Below, one piece after another: positions 39,670-50,474 of a DNA stretch of 64,000 nucleotides (position 1 is the first letter of the stretch; the number at the start of each line of letters is the position of its first letter). Source of the stretch: Nitrosopumilaceae archaeon (GTDB taxonomy: Archaea > Thermoproteota > Nitrososphaeria > Nitrososphaerales > Nitrosopumilaceae); NCBI GenBank assembly GCA_965208905.1, contig OZ242365.1, forward strand, positions 736,001-800,000, given 5' to 3'. Below the pieces are notes generated by a model, which made no database searches, had not been told where the DNA came from, and was given only the letters and a program-made list of their open reading frames with translations. The translations under genes were made by a program, and so were the position numbers.

Positions 39670-41735
39670 CGTCCCGCTTTTATGGATTTGGCCATCCTCA
39701 AACCGACCTTACATATGGCTTGTATCTTTTCCAGCGGCATATCTTTGATATCTGAAACACTCCGGACTCCCACCCTGTATAAGGCCCGCGCCCGCACCCT
39801 GCCCACATTTCTGACCTGTACCAGAGGCACTAATTCATCCCGCACACCATTCATTACGCGTATGCGCAGCTCCTCCAACTCACTCTGCGCATGACCTGTC
39901 TTGGCGTATCGTGCCAACTCTGCCATACATCTTAGTAGCCAACGGCTCATCTCTACGGCCCGTCGTATATCTCCAGACTCCAAACTGTAATTCTCGGCTA
40001 TGCTCTTCTCGGTCTCTTCTTCTATCCAACCGTATAGTCCTAGCAGTGATCGGGATATGTCATATGAGTATACATCTTCCTCTATCAGCTCGCTTCTATG
40101 TGTCTCTAAGAATGCGTGAACCACCTCGAACTGATCACTTAGTTGAGCCATCTTTGGAAAGAACTCCTCGCTCTCAGATATTGCGTGCAGAAATCCCAGC
40201 GTATTCTTTCTCTTTTTATGCGACTTTTTTATCACACGTAAAAACCCGCTGGCCGTATGGGGCTTTATGTAGAGCTTGCTGGTGAGCTCTCCTAGTTTTG
40301 TAGCTGCATACCTGTTTTTATCTAATGTATCTATCATCTTTAGATTGTACAGACCTTCTAAATCATAGTCGACCTCTATATCGCCGTAGATGCCGCCCAA
40401 TGTACCATCAAAGAACTCGTTTATCTGTTGTAATGTAATACCTGGCTGTGACACAATCAGGCTGAGGAGATGTATGTCCAGCTGACCGTATATCTGTGAG
40501 TGTATGGGCTCGGGCTCGCCGTGTATGTATGCATCTAGTATGTCATCAGCGTCTCTCTTTGCAACCACTACTGCCTCACCTATCTCATCGTACTGGGGCC
40601 TACCTGCCCTACCACAGAACTGCTTGTACTCCATTACACTTATGGGCATATTTCTTCCATGGTCTATGTCATATCTGGTTATATCTGATATTACCACCCT
40701 CCGGGCAGGCAGGTTTACTCCCGCCGCCAGAGTTGGCGTGGCCGTCAATATCTTGATGTGCCCTGCGCGAAAATGCTTCTCTATTATGTCCCGACATGTC
40801 GAGTTTAAGCCTGCATGATGGAACGCTACACCATCTTTTACCAGTTGTGAAAGACGTACAATCAACTCTGTGTCTTCATTTCCACTTAGTATGGAACCTG
40901 ATATTTCATTTAATCTCTTTTTATCTATATTATTTAGCATCTTTCTTACGGCTACTGCGGCTTTGGTTGCTTGGGAGGGTGCGCCCCGTCGTGTATTGAC
41001 AAATATCAATGACTGATGGCCACTCTTTACACTGTCCAAAGCCAAGTCTATGGCCAGTCCCCGGGAACTTGTCTCTATCTGGGACTTTTTGTTGTTCGAC
41101 CATCGTATTGTATGGCCCTCGCATACCCCTTCAGTCAGTTTGACCGGTCTCCAGCTGCTCTTTACCAATTTACAGTCCAACCATTGGGCTATCTCTTTGG
41201 CATTGGATATGGTAGCTGAGAGTCCAACAATCTGCCGTTTACCTCTTAGTCTGGTCAGCACCATCTCAAGGACCGGGCCTCTATGGACATCTCCGACTAG
41301 ATGTATCTCATCGGTTATGACTAAATCTATACTGTCTACCCAGCCCTCGTCACGGCGAAGTGCCAAATCCATTCGCTCATTGGTCATGCATAGTATGTTT
41401 CCCAACAGACGGTCACGAACATTCAGGTCTGCTATGGATATGGATGGTCTTATGGGGTCTGGCATACCTTTGAACTCATTGTACTTTTCGGCGGCCAATG
41501 CCTTTAGGGGACTCAGATATACAGCTTTTCGTCCCCCGCGCTTTAGCATGGACAGTAAGGCCAAGAGTGCAATCAGACTTTTTCCACTGGCTGTGGGTGC
41601 CGATACCAGTATGCTTTTGCCACCCATCAATCCTGCCTTTACGGCCATCCTTTGGGGCGGATAGAGCGTCTCTATGCCATTGCTGTTCAGATGTGCAACT
41701 ATGTCATCTGGTATCTCTAGATCTCTGACCTTCAT
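39666..41735 (-). CDS. hel308: Hel308/Ski2-like DNA helicase
   Basis: PTASGKS, DEIH, SAT, FHHAGL, TLAAGVNLPA, GRAGRPQYD. Confidence 0.93.
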   Translation of the reverse strand: MKVRDLEIPDDIVAHLNSNGIETLYPPQRMAVKAGLMGGKSILVSAPTASGKSLIALLALLSMLKRGGRKAVYLSPLKALAAEKYNEFKGMPDPIRPSISIADLNVRDRLLGNILCMTNERMDLALRRDEGWVDSIDLVITDEIHLVGDVHRGPVLEMVLTRLRGKRQIVGLSATISNAKEIAQWLDCKLVKSSWRPVKLTEGVCEGHTIRWSNNKKSQIETSSRGLAIDLALDSVKSGHQSLIFVNTRRGAPSQATKAAVAVRKMLNNIDKKRLNEISGSILSGNEDTELIVRLSQLVKDGVAFHHAGLNSTCRDIIEKHFRAGHIKILTATPTLAAGVNLPARRVVISDITRYDIDHGRNMPISVMEYKQFCGRAGRPQYDEIGEAVVVAKRDADDILDAYIHGEPEPIHSQIYGQLDIHLLSLIVSQPGITLQQINEFFDGTLGGIYGDIEVDYDLEGLYNLKMIDTLDKNRYAATKLGELTSKLYIKPHTASGFLRVIKKSHKKRKNTLGFLHAISESEEFFPKMAQLSDQFEVVHAFLETHRSELIEEDVYSYDISRSLLGLYGWIEEETEKSIAENYSLESGDIRRAVEMSRWLLRCMAELARYAKTGHAQSELEELRIRVMNGVRDELVPLVQVRNVGRVRARALYRVGVRSVSDIKDMPLEKIQAICKVGLRMAKSIKAGR

Positions 41736-43840
41736 GGAACTCTATTATAGTGCCCAGGCTTGGACTCATAAATCATTCCCGTACTCTTTATCTTGTCTAG
41801 GAACTGCCTGGCCTCTACACTATCGAACATGTTGGTCTTTGTTAGTTCATCTAGTAGTGTCTTTTCAGGAACAGGCTGTCTCTCATCACCTTCTAATGAA
41901 CGCAATATATCTGTGAATATCTGCTGTTTGTTTACCTGTGTGCTACCTTTGCCGTATAGCGTCCGGACATCCACCGTATTTGCGCTAGCATCATATCCGG
42001 CTTCGGTCAACATCGAATCCATTAGAAATATGGCGCGTGTAGCATCCTCCTCCTCCACCAAGTCTTTCATTAGTAGCCTGGCGCGCGCCGTCGCCAAACG
42101 TATGATTCCCTCTAGTTGTCTTGGCGTGGCCTGTATGTTTCCTGTATCCTGCTCAAAGTTACTGCGTACCTTTAGGTAGTGATCAATTATCACCTTTACG
42201 GCCTCATCGGTGAGCTCGGGGGTGAATCTCTTTGCATATGCAAAGTACTTTGTCAGTATGTCCGGATCTACAATGTTGCGGTTGATGGAACGTCGACTAT
42301 GATGCCGTGTTATGATATGTTTCGCTATACTCCTATCTTTAGCTGTGGTTGGTATATCCCGTATTATGTATATCAGGTCAAATCTAGTTAGTAATGGCAG
42401 GGGTATGTGTGCATTATCTACGATAGTCTTGAATGGATCATAGCGACCCCCCACCGGATTGGCTGCTGCCAGTATTGATGTGCGGGCATTTAGTGTGGCA
42501 ACAATTCCTCCCTTTGCGATACTAGCTGACTGCTGCTCCATCACCTCATGTAAGGCTGAACGGTCCTCATTCTTCATCTTGTCAAACTCATCTATGCATA
42601 CAAGTCCTTGATCCCCCAACACAACGGCCCCTGCCTCAAGCATGAGCATTCCTGACTTGTCTTTTACCACTGCCGCAGTTAACCCGGCCGCTGTACTGCC
42701 CCGACCACTGGTGTACAGCCCTCGGGGAGCTATGCGAGCGCAGAACTTTAGCATCTCGGACTTGGCGGTTCCCGGATCTCCCACCAAAAACACATTGATG
42801 TCGCCCCGGGTATTGGAGCCGTCCGGTAGCTGTCTTCGGTTGGAGCCCACCAGCAACAGTACGATGGCCTCCTTGATGATCTCATGTTCGCTTATGTGTG
42901 GTGCAAAGGACTCTACGAGTCTTTCGTATATGCCTGGGCTGCGCACCAAACCTTGAATTATCTTCTCCTCTTCAGGTGATATCTCTTCGCGTTCCATCTT
43001 GCGGGATGTCTTTGTTCCCCGTCCTCCCAGAAATTCAATATTGTTTCCCTCTATTCTAAGACGGTGTAGTCCACTACGACCCTGAGAGACTCCGCGGACG
43101 GGCTCTTGCTCTATGCGAACTATGCCTGTCAGAACAATTCGGTCACCAGGACGTGCATTGTCCACCAAATCCTGCTTTATGTTTACATCAATATAATGGG
43201 GAATCTGGCCCGGAGGTAGATCTTCGGGCAACTCTTGCAGGCGCAGTATCTGAAAATCAATAAATTCACTCTCTTTGAAGCTCATCTCTAAATTCCGATG
43301 CTTGCAGTCAGGGTTGGAGCAGACTGTCGGTGCATCCACTGACATGCCTTGTGTTGTAGTTGTAGTTGTACTGTGCCCATCTGGACATTTGAAGACAAGT
43401 TTCTTTGCCAGTGGCTTTATCTCGGATGCCCGAACTACCATGCCCGAGACACTTGTAATACGTGATATGGTCTCGGAATTTATCTCTCGTAGGCTTCTGT
43501 GTAAGGGAAAGTTGGCTATACGGGCGCGTATGGCGCCATGTATGCTCTCAGCATATCCGGGAAACCGTGTCCTTAGGACCTCGCCTATTGCCTGCGAAAA
43601 GGCATTAAGTATGCGGTCCGGCTCTGTGTGAAAGAACTTTTCTATCTTTGGTTCCTCTACTAGATCATTATAATTTATAACTATATACTTTGAACTCTTG
43701 GGCATCATGCCGTCTATCTGCTCTAGATACTTGTAGTTATTGTTTACATCCTTGTGATGTGTCAGGAACATTCGAACCTCATCGGCTAGGCCATCTTCTG
43801 TATACTCGGGCTCCTCTGATATGATATCACTCATCGGCAC
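41732..43840 (-). CDS. mcm: MCM replicative helicase
   Basis: GDPGTAKS, IDEFDKM, LTRFD, TPRQLEG; N-terminal zinc motif; no intein. Confidence 0.96.
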   Translation of the reverse strand: MPMSDIISEEPEYTEDGLADEVRMFLTHHKDVNNNYKYLEQIDGMMPKSSKYIVINYNDLVEEPKIEKFFHTEPDRILNAFSQAIGEVLRTRFPGYAESIHGAIRARIANFPLHRSLREINSETISRITSVSGMVVRASEIKPLAKKLVFKCPDGHSTTTTTTQGMSVDAPTVCSNPDCKHRNLEMSFKESEFIDFQILRLQELPEDLPPGQIPHYIDVNIKQDLVDNARPGDRIVLTGIVRIEQEPVRGVSQGRSGLHRLRIEGNNIEFLGGRGTKTSRKMEREEISPEEEKIIQGLVRSPGIYERLVESFAPHISEHEIIKEAIVLLLVGSNRRQLPDGSNTRGDINVFLVGDPGTAKSEMLKFCARIAPRGLYTSGRGSTAAGLTAAVVKDKSGMLMLEAGAVVLGDQGLVCIDEFDKMKNEDRSALHEVMEQQSASIAKGGIVATLNARTSILAAANPVGGRYDPFKTIVDNAHIPLPLLTRFDLIYIIRDIPTTAKDRSIAKHIITRHHSRRSINRNIVDPDILTKYFAYAKRFTPELTDEAVKVIIDHYLKVRSNFEQDTGNIQATPRQLEGIIRLATARARLLMKDLVEEEDATRAIFLMDSMLTEAGYDASANTVDVRTLYGKGSTQVNKQQIFTDILRSLEGDERQPVPEKTLLDELTKTNMFDSVEARQFLDKIKSTGMIYESKPGHYNRVP

Positions 43841-44339
43841 CCACTCTCTTCTTTAGGGTCTCGCCTTCCCGGTTTATGGACTCGAAGAATACCCGCTCCT
43901 CTATACTTATGCGGGATTTTATGTCCGCGGTCAGTCTTGTGGAGTCGGCTAGTCGCACTATCTTTCCCCGCCGCATTCTGAACAGTCCGATCATCATGCT
44001 CTCAACACCATCCCGGTCTCGCTGTCGCAGTTTGTTCATCTGGCTTTGCAGTCGTATATAGAATAAATCATCTAGTGTGGCTAGTTGATACTCTCCAACC
44101 ATCTGCTCTTTTACAGTAGCCTGCTTCAATTCGGTTATGGTGTCGGGCGCATCTAATGTAGCCATCTTATTCTCTTCAAGTATCTCTCCGACCCATATGG
44201 GAATGTTGATGACCTCCCCCTCTTTTCCACTTATTTCCGTGTCGCCCACCTTTAGGTTGATATTCTTTTGTAGTGTGGTCTTTACATCATCTAGAGAGTA
44301 CCCAATCTTGTGTAGCTCTTGAATATCTTCTCCCCACAT
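43827..44339 (-). CDS. GINS subunit (Gins23-like)
   Basis: B-domain IPIWVGEIL then helical domain (FYI, RRGKIVRLA, EERVFF); directly upstream of mcm. Confidence 0.8.
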   Translation of the reverse strand: MWGEDIQELHKIGYSLDDVKTTLQKNINLKVGDTEISGKEGEVINIPIWVGEILEENKMATLDAPDTITELKQATVKEQMVGEYQLATLDDLFYIRLQSQMNKLRQRDRDGVESMMIGLFRMRRGKIVRLADSTRLTADIKSRISIEERVFFESINREGETLKKRVGADE

Positions 44340-44446
44340 GATATATCATCTTCGTATTTGTATATTACATATCTTGTAAAGAAAATTTGTTTTATTTGTC
44401 AAGTTATTTAGTACGGTATATTATCGTATAAATCTTTGCTATACAT

Positions 44447-44488
44447 AGGAACCGATAACTTGTTGTGTGATGACTAGGGGTGTTAAGC
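44447..44488 (+). repeat. Dispersed 42-bp repeat, copy A
   Basis: 37/42 identical to the reverse complement of 63839-63880. Confidence 0.8.
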
Positions 44489-44677
44489 ATCACGGCAATT
44501 CGCAGGACATCCAGTGGATTGTCCGTGTATGCTCTTCTCGTATAGTTTGGCCGACGATGCTAACCAAATTATATAATTAGATACTATGTGTAGACGTTTT
44601 TAGTCTGAACGTGGTATCTGCCTTGTTGGACCCGAGAGTCGTATTGAACTTGCCACGTATGAGGGCGTTAATTAGAT

Positions 44678-47590
44678 CGCTCATCTATCTAATGTTGGGG
44701 GTGGCAATTACGCCCATAGGGCTCGGAGTTGGCGTTCAGTGCAGAAAAAATATGTATCCAGCAGGATGCCACGCGCCTGCAGAATGGGTTTTGCGGAAAA
44801 TAATTACGGCGCAAAAAACATCCCGGTCAGGCCTGCCTCCCGGGATATTGGTCAAGGATGGCGGCCGGCGCAGCCGCGAACCTGCCATTGATGCCATAGT
44901 GCCTGTGGTTGTGGACGAACTGGAAAGGCTTGACGTACCGTTCCAGATGCCATTTGCTCACGCCGCGGTGTTTTTTCAGCCATCATATACAGCAGGCCTA
45001 TCCGGCACTCGCAGTTGTTGGTATGAATATCGTTGTGCTCGCCTGATGCGTACTCACCCTCGCTGTGGTTGATGGCCAGGTGGCAGTATCCCATCTCTCC
45101 AAGGCTCTTGTAGGCGGGATGCTCGTCGGTTATTACAGTCGAACCCGGTTCGAACTTCCCGGCCACCATTTCGGCCAGCGACATGCGGTTACCGCGGGGA
45201 ACCTCAAAGATGGTCACATCCGGTTCGTCTCCTGTGGCCCGCTGATGGTAGATGGTGACCATAGGTACATTCTTCTTGAAGGTGCCCCTGCCCGGACCGC
45301 GGGGCAGCCGGCGGCGGCTGGGGACAGTCCGGTTCTCGCCGTTGCTGCCCAGTGACGCCCCCTTGGAGCCGGCCCTGGTGTATCCCTCACCGGTCCAGGA
45401 CAGCTTGTCCTCCGGCAGCTCGCCAATCTTCCGCATGATGTCGCGGTACATCTGGTAGACGGCCCCGTAGGCGCGGCCTATCGAAGTTGCAATGTCAGTC
45501 TATGAAAAAGTACTCCGTACATTTATCTAATTCGTATTAGGCCAACCACGCTTAGGTCAATAATAACAATGTAGGAGGTATAAAATTATTGAAATGGGGC
45601 ATATAAGGCCGGTGCGGATTAACAAGTTGGTCATGAAAACCACGCACCGAGAAATAGTAGAAAAATTCGTATATAAGGACATGCAGGCGGCGCTGCGCCA
45701 AATATGCTCTGCCTTTGTATCAGACAAGCACAACGCCATATATGGGGCAGCGGATTTCGTGGACGCGGCGCTAGCCGTGGCATCAAAAAACGGGTACGTG
45801 GGCGCCGTCCTGAAAAATCTGAGGGGTGATGACAAGGAGGCAAACACAGACATCCCGCACTGGGTTGAGGACGGCTCTGAATCTCCAAGTGTGCCAAAAT
45901 ACGCCCGGGTATCTCCCACCCCGCAGTGGTTTTTAGGCCGGCTGGACGGGCATTCGGGTGATGAACTGTCTGAGATGGGCGCCGACATGCTGGATGCGTC
46001 GCTACAGGCGGTGCGCAGCATGGGGGCGGCTACCGGCAAGGGACACGCTGGCAGTGGACGGGCACGACCGGCCCTGCCACGCCCCCATGGACGAGGATGT
46101 CATGCGGCGGAGCAAGCCAAAGGGCGGAACCTCAAAGATGGAATCGTACCTGACCATGCATGTGGCAAACGATGTGCACCTGACCACCTCGGCATACCCG
46201 TACACTACAGGCGATTCTGCCGCAGAGATAGTGCGCCGCATGATACACCACACCCAGCGCATTGGAATCAAGATTGAAAAGCTGCTGCTGGACCGCGGGT
46301 TCTATACGGTTGAGATGCTGCGCATACTGCGCGAGGAGAAAATACCATACATAATGGCCGTGCGCATGACCAAACCCATCGGGGCCATGGTGGAGGCGTA
46401 CCATGATGGCCGGGGTAGGGCCATAGTGAGCCACACGGTGGGCAGTGGAAAGGGCGCCCAAGAAGGCCACCCTACTGATACACAAGAGGCGTGATGCGGA
46501 CAAGCACGAAAAAGTCACAGACAAGTACATTGTGCTGGCCTTTGCGGGGGTGTGGCCCAGCGAAAAGGCCGTGACAAGCAGCATACCAGAAGAGTACCGC
46601 AGGCGCTGGTCAATAGAGACCGGCTACCGCAACACAAAAAACATGAGCATCAAGTCGCGCAGCATGATACCCGGAGTGCGCTGCTTCCTGTTCAAGTTCT
46701 CGCTGGCCCTAACCAATTTCTGGGCCCTGGCCAACGCCGCCGTGTCCCCTTCCAAAACAGGCGTGGTGGTGCCGGTCATAACCATAGCCTTCTTTGTGCA
46801 CCACATCTACCAAAGGGTAGCGGGGTTAACGGCGGCCAGGTACGGGCTGCGCGCCGGCCCGGGCCCGCCGGCGCGGTAACGAACCGTGTGGCGCGGCCGC
46901 CACCCACACCCCGTACAATTTCGCGCATGCCACCCCGCGCCCGTCTGCGCATCCTGTGTAGCCATATCGGAGCTGAGACGTACCTGATGAAACAGGACAG
47001 GTCCAGGACAGGCGCCAAACACACATCCATGTCGCATGCAGCCTGATGAGGGCTGCCATTGGCCGCACACAAATTTTTTATTCCCGCCGGATCCACATTT
47101 CCCTCATACACGGCATAATTTTACCACATTTACCTAATTTTTACGGCTGTACTTTTTCATAGACTGATGTAGTTTATCGATATCCCGTTGGGCGGCCCGC
47201 ACAGGAACATTCAGACCAGTATCATCCGGTCTCCCATCCGGACGTGCCGGTAGTGAAGAATAGTCCCGGTCTTGTCGTTGAAGGTCCGGCAGCAGCCCTT
47301 GCACGTGTACCTCCGGATGTGTCACTGGTATCGGCAGTACCGGATGATATCAACCCCGCCGCAACGCGGGCAGAACAGGCCGTTGGCCCACCGGACCGTC
47401 CTGAACAGCTCGGCTGTAGCCGCCATATCAGCAAACAATGCCAGCAGGAGCAACAGGGGACCGGACTCTTTTTGTTTTTGCGTCTTGCCACACGCCATGG
47501 AGGTATGGAGGGATCTACCCTATAGATCTTTTTCGATTATACCTACTTGGTGCGGGGCTTCACTTACTTCCAACACTCAACAGATGAGCG
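44678..47590 (-). mobile_element. IS1595-family element (ISH4-like ends), degraded and interrupted by an ISH3 element
   Basis: Imperfect TIRs CGCTCATCT..TGTTGG..GT at both ends. N-terminal zinc ribbon (RWANGLFCPRCG...YTCKGC) at about 47170-47490. DDE part VITDEHPAY...NHS..EY...HTNNCE at 44852-45495. Contains stops and frameshifts; no TSD seen. Confidence 0.85.
45496..47166 (+). mobile_element. ISH3-family (IS4-like) insertion sequence with frameshifted transposase
   Basis: Perfect 18-bp TIR CAGTCTATGAAAAAGTAC; 4-bp TSD ATGT (45492-45495, 47167-47170); motifs LAVDGH, LLDRGFY, YRRRWSIETGYR spread over three frames. Confidence 0.92.
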
Positions 47591-47676
47591 ACAAAAGAAC
47601 CCTGAGATGTATGTGACCGCTGGGTTAGATTGGTATCTTTTTCAACTTTATATGTGGTATATGTGGGATTTAGTAT

Positions 47677-49323
47677 ATGCTTAGAGGCTTTTTAGGTGTT
47701 ACATTCGCAGTATTATGTGTAGTTGGCCTTGCACCTTTGGCATTTGGACACGGACTGGGTGGCGACCAGGCCCCGCCGATAAGCTTCGGCGGAATGGAGG
47801 TCACTGTCCGTACGGATCTGAGCCCATCTGATATTACAGTTGGTGATCTGGACACTGCAAACATGAAGATTCGATTCTTTGATGTATTAACGAATCAAAC
47901 CTTACCACAAGTGACGTACCGTGTTGAGATATACCAGAACAACGCACTCTTGGCACGAAGCTTATTCTATGACAACGATGGTGTATTAGACGTTGAGATA
48001 CGACCTCGCGGAGGTTGTACTGAGACTGATCTCTGGCGATGTACCGTCTATTATGGCTCTGAACATGTCAGCGCACCTGGCGCCTTGTACGCGGAGGGCT
48101 CACAAAGACCTGTCATTACAGGGCCGATATTTGAAAAGGGTGGACTGTACAATATTCGTATAGATATAGAGGGTGCCACAAGCCCCAAGGCGTTGTTGTC
48201 GGACGTTCTCTCTTATGATACGTTTGTGAGCGTTGCGCAAGATCAGTTCTTTACTATACAGGATGCCAATGCCAATGAGTACCCTACAGTAATAAAGACA
48301 TACTATGATGAGGTCTCAAACTTTTCATTTGACAATTCAGATAACTCCATATACTTTGAGATGCCATTTGACTGGGCCCCCGACTATGTGGAACAGGTGT
48401 TTGTTGTACATGAGGAGGTTCGAGTCCCCAAAGAGTTTACGCCATACTCGGACGGCAAACAGTTCAAGGGTTATGTAAACGGCGTTGAGTTGGGCTCTCG
48501 AGCTTTGATCAATGACCCCTACTCGTATACAGATATGAACGTCATTCACTTTTTGGTGACCAACGCTGATTTGAGTCGCATAAATGAGCAACTGGGCCCT
48601 GATCACTATTCAAACAAACTGATGACGCTAAAACTAGTACCTCAAGAAGATATAGTCGTGAACTCTCAAGAGTTCTATCTTGTTGATGCTGTTAACTTTG
48701 AGCAAATCCCCACAGATGTTAAAGTACAGTGGGATGCATCATATGGTGCTGGTGATGAGATATCCTTTGAGATAGCCTTCTTTGATGATGGCACTCTCAT
48801 CAAGGATGTCTATTATGGATACTGGCTTATAGATGGCGATGAGATTTTGGGTGAATTTCATGGTGAGGATAATACTGGAATACTGTCTGTTGAAGGGATA
48901 GACACACAAAATATTGTGATTCCTGATGCGGGGCAGTACCGCTTAGACATTATAGTGTATGGTACTGGCCTAGACTATGACCCCACATATGCAGGTGTGG
49001 GAACAGCACTCTTGGAGATTGGCCCTTCTAGTAATGATGTACCAGTATCTGTAATACCTGACTGGGTACGGAATAATGCAGGTTGGTGGGCCGATGGCTC
49101 CATTGATGATGCATCATTCCTACAGGCACTACAATTTCTCATCCGGGAGGGGATTATAGTTGTAGAGTATACATCTGATGATGCTCTGGAGACATCTGAA
49201 TCTGTAATACCTGACTGGGTACGGAATAATGCAGGTTGGTGGGCCGATGGCTCCATTGATGATGCATCATTCCTACAGGCACTACAATTTCTCATCCGGG
49301 AGGGTATATTGGTGGTACAATGA
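47677..49323 (+). CDS. Secreted/surface protein with duplicated thaumarchaeal C-terminal IPxWxxNNAGWW motif
   Basis: Signal peptide; acidic beta-rich body; two copies of [34 protein letters not shown]. Confidence 0.85.
   Translation: MLRGFLGVTFAVLCVVGLAPLAFGHGLGGDQAPPISFGGMEVTVRTDLSPSDITVGDLDTANMKIRFFDVLTNQTLPQVTYRVEIYQNNALLARSLFYDNDGVLDVEIRPRGGCTETDLWRCTVYYGSEHVSAPGALYAEGSQRPVITGPIFEKGGLYNIRIDIEGATSPKALLSDVLSYDTFVSVAQDQFFTIQDANANEYPTVIKTYYDEVSNFSFDNSDNSIYFEMPFDWAPDYVEQVFVVHEEVRVPKEFTPYSDGKQFKGYVNGVELGSRALINDPYSYTDMNVIHFLVTNADLSRINEQLGPDHYSNKLMTLKLVPQEDIVVNSQEFYLVDAVNFEQIPTDVKVQWDASYGAGDEISFEIAFFDDGTLIKDVYYGYWLIDGDEILGEFHGEDNTGILSVEGIDTQNIVIPDAGQYRLDIIVYGTGLDYDPTYAGVGTALLEIGPSSNDVPVSVIPDWVRNNAGWWADGSIDDASFLQALQFLIREGIIVVEYTSDDALETSESVIPDWVRNNAGWWADGSIDDASFLQALQFLIREGILVVQ
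49047..49304 (+). repeat. Identical 105-bp direct repeat with a period of 153 bp
   Basis: 49047-49151 equals 49200-49304. Confidence 0.9.
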
Positions 49324-49532
49324 CTATTCGTGACATAAATGACATAATGCCCAAGATAGACAATATGCGCTGGGGAGCCTTAATGAACCGTCCCCCCACA
49401 AATAAAATTATCAAAGATATGAATGCTATATTTCCTGACAATGGTCGATGGCACACTGTCTTTGAGGAAGATGATTTTATAATCGTCGATGGTAAAGAGG
49501 TGCGTAAAAGAAGCCCCAAGAGCTGGACCTGA
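49320..49532 (+). CDS. Small hypothetical protein
   Basis: ATGA overlap with the upstream gene; globular-looking 70 aa; recalled as conserved in Nitrosopumilaceae. Confidence 0.7.
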   Translation: MTIRDINDIMPKIDNMRWGALMNRPPTNKIIKDMNAIFPDNGRWHTVFEEDDFIIVDGKEVRKRSPKSWT

Positions 49533-49548
49533 TATGTGATGGATTGGC

Positions 49549-49755
49549 ATGTATGATAAAGATGACTGGGAGTCGATGGGCTGGAGTACAGCAGATGCTG
49601 CCTTTGGTGGCTTTACCGCTGGTAGAAACTCGTCTGTAGTATGCGAGCGTTGTAACATATCTGGTCCTTGGAACATACGAATTCTTCAAAATGACAAAGA
49701 TGGCTCATCAGGATTATGTGGTGAGTTGAGCCGCATAAGTGCCCCTTTGGCCTGA
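49549..49755 (+). CDS. Hypothetical protein
   Basis: Fills the gap between co-oriented genes; one CxxC; stop overlaps the next start. Confidence 0.35.
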   Translation: MYDKDDWESMGWSTADAAFGGFTAGRNSSVVCERCNISGPWNIRILQNDKDGSSGLCGELSRISAPLA

Positions 49756-50459
49756 TGAACCAAGACCCTGACACGACAAAAATGGACGAATCTGAGACTA
49801 GAATGATATCGTTACAGGAGGATGTTTTAAACTGTGTTAGATGTCCGCGGTTGGCAACGTATATTCGTAATGTTGCCAAGACTCGTACTCGCCGGTTCAT
49901 TAACGAGACGTACCATGGCAGGCCACTGCCAGGCTTTGGTGATGTGCATGCAAGACTGTTGATAGTGGGTTTGGCCCCGGCCGCCCATGGCGGAAATCGT
50001 ACAGGACGGATGTTTACAGGCGATTCGTCTGCAGACTGGCTGGCCCGCGTCATGTACAAATACAAACTGGCATCTACTCCTACTAGTATTGACAAGTCTG
50101 ATGGCCTGACACTGCGCAACGCATATGTGACCGCCGCGGCTCGATGCGCCCCCCCACAGAACAAGCCTACAGCAACAGAGTTACGTAACTGCCTGCCGTT
50201 TCTACAGCGTGAGTTGGATATACTGTATAATGTGCGGCTGATTTTATGTTTAGGCCAGATCGGATACAGAGCTACCTGCCAGGCTCTAAACGTCAAACCT
50301 GCTAAATTTGGTCATAATACACTACACAAGTATGATGGCACAAAGATCAGCATACTGACATCGTACCATCCATCTAGACAGAACACACAGACTGGCCGGC
50401 TCACTTGGGAGGCATGGGATAGCGTCTTTGCCCGCGCTTTGAGCATAATTGGTGTATAG
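49755..50459 (+). CDS. udgB: Uracil-DNA glycosylase, family 5
   Basis: CVRCPRL Fe-S motif; GLAPAAHGGNRTGRMFTGD; YHPSRQNT. Confidence 0.93.
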   Translation: MNQDPDTTKMDESETRMISLQEDVLNCVRCPRLATYIRNVAKTRTRRFINETYHGRPLPGFGDVHARLLIVGLAPAAHGGNRTGRMFTGDSSADWLARVMYKYKLASTPTSIDKSDGLTLRNAYVTAAARCAPPQNKPTATELRNCLPFLQRELDILYNVRLILCLGQIGYRATCQALNVKPAKFGHNTLHKYDGTKISILTSYHPSRQNTQTGRLTWEAWDSVFARALSIIGV

Positions 50460-50474
50460 TATGCTTTATGCTTA

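Noticed and set aside
41732-43840. Intein in MCM or RFC
   Set aside because: Protein lengths are normal and the Walker motifs are uninterrupted.
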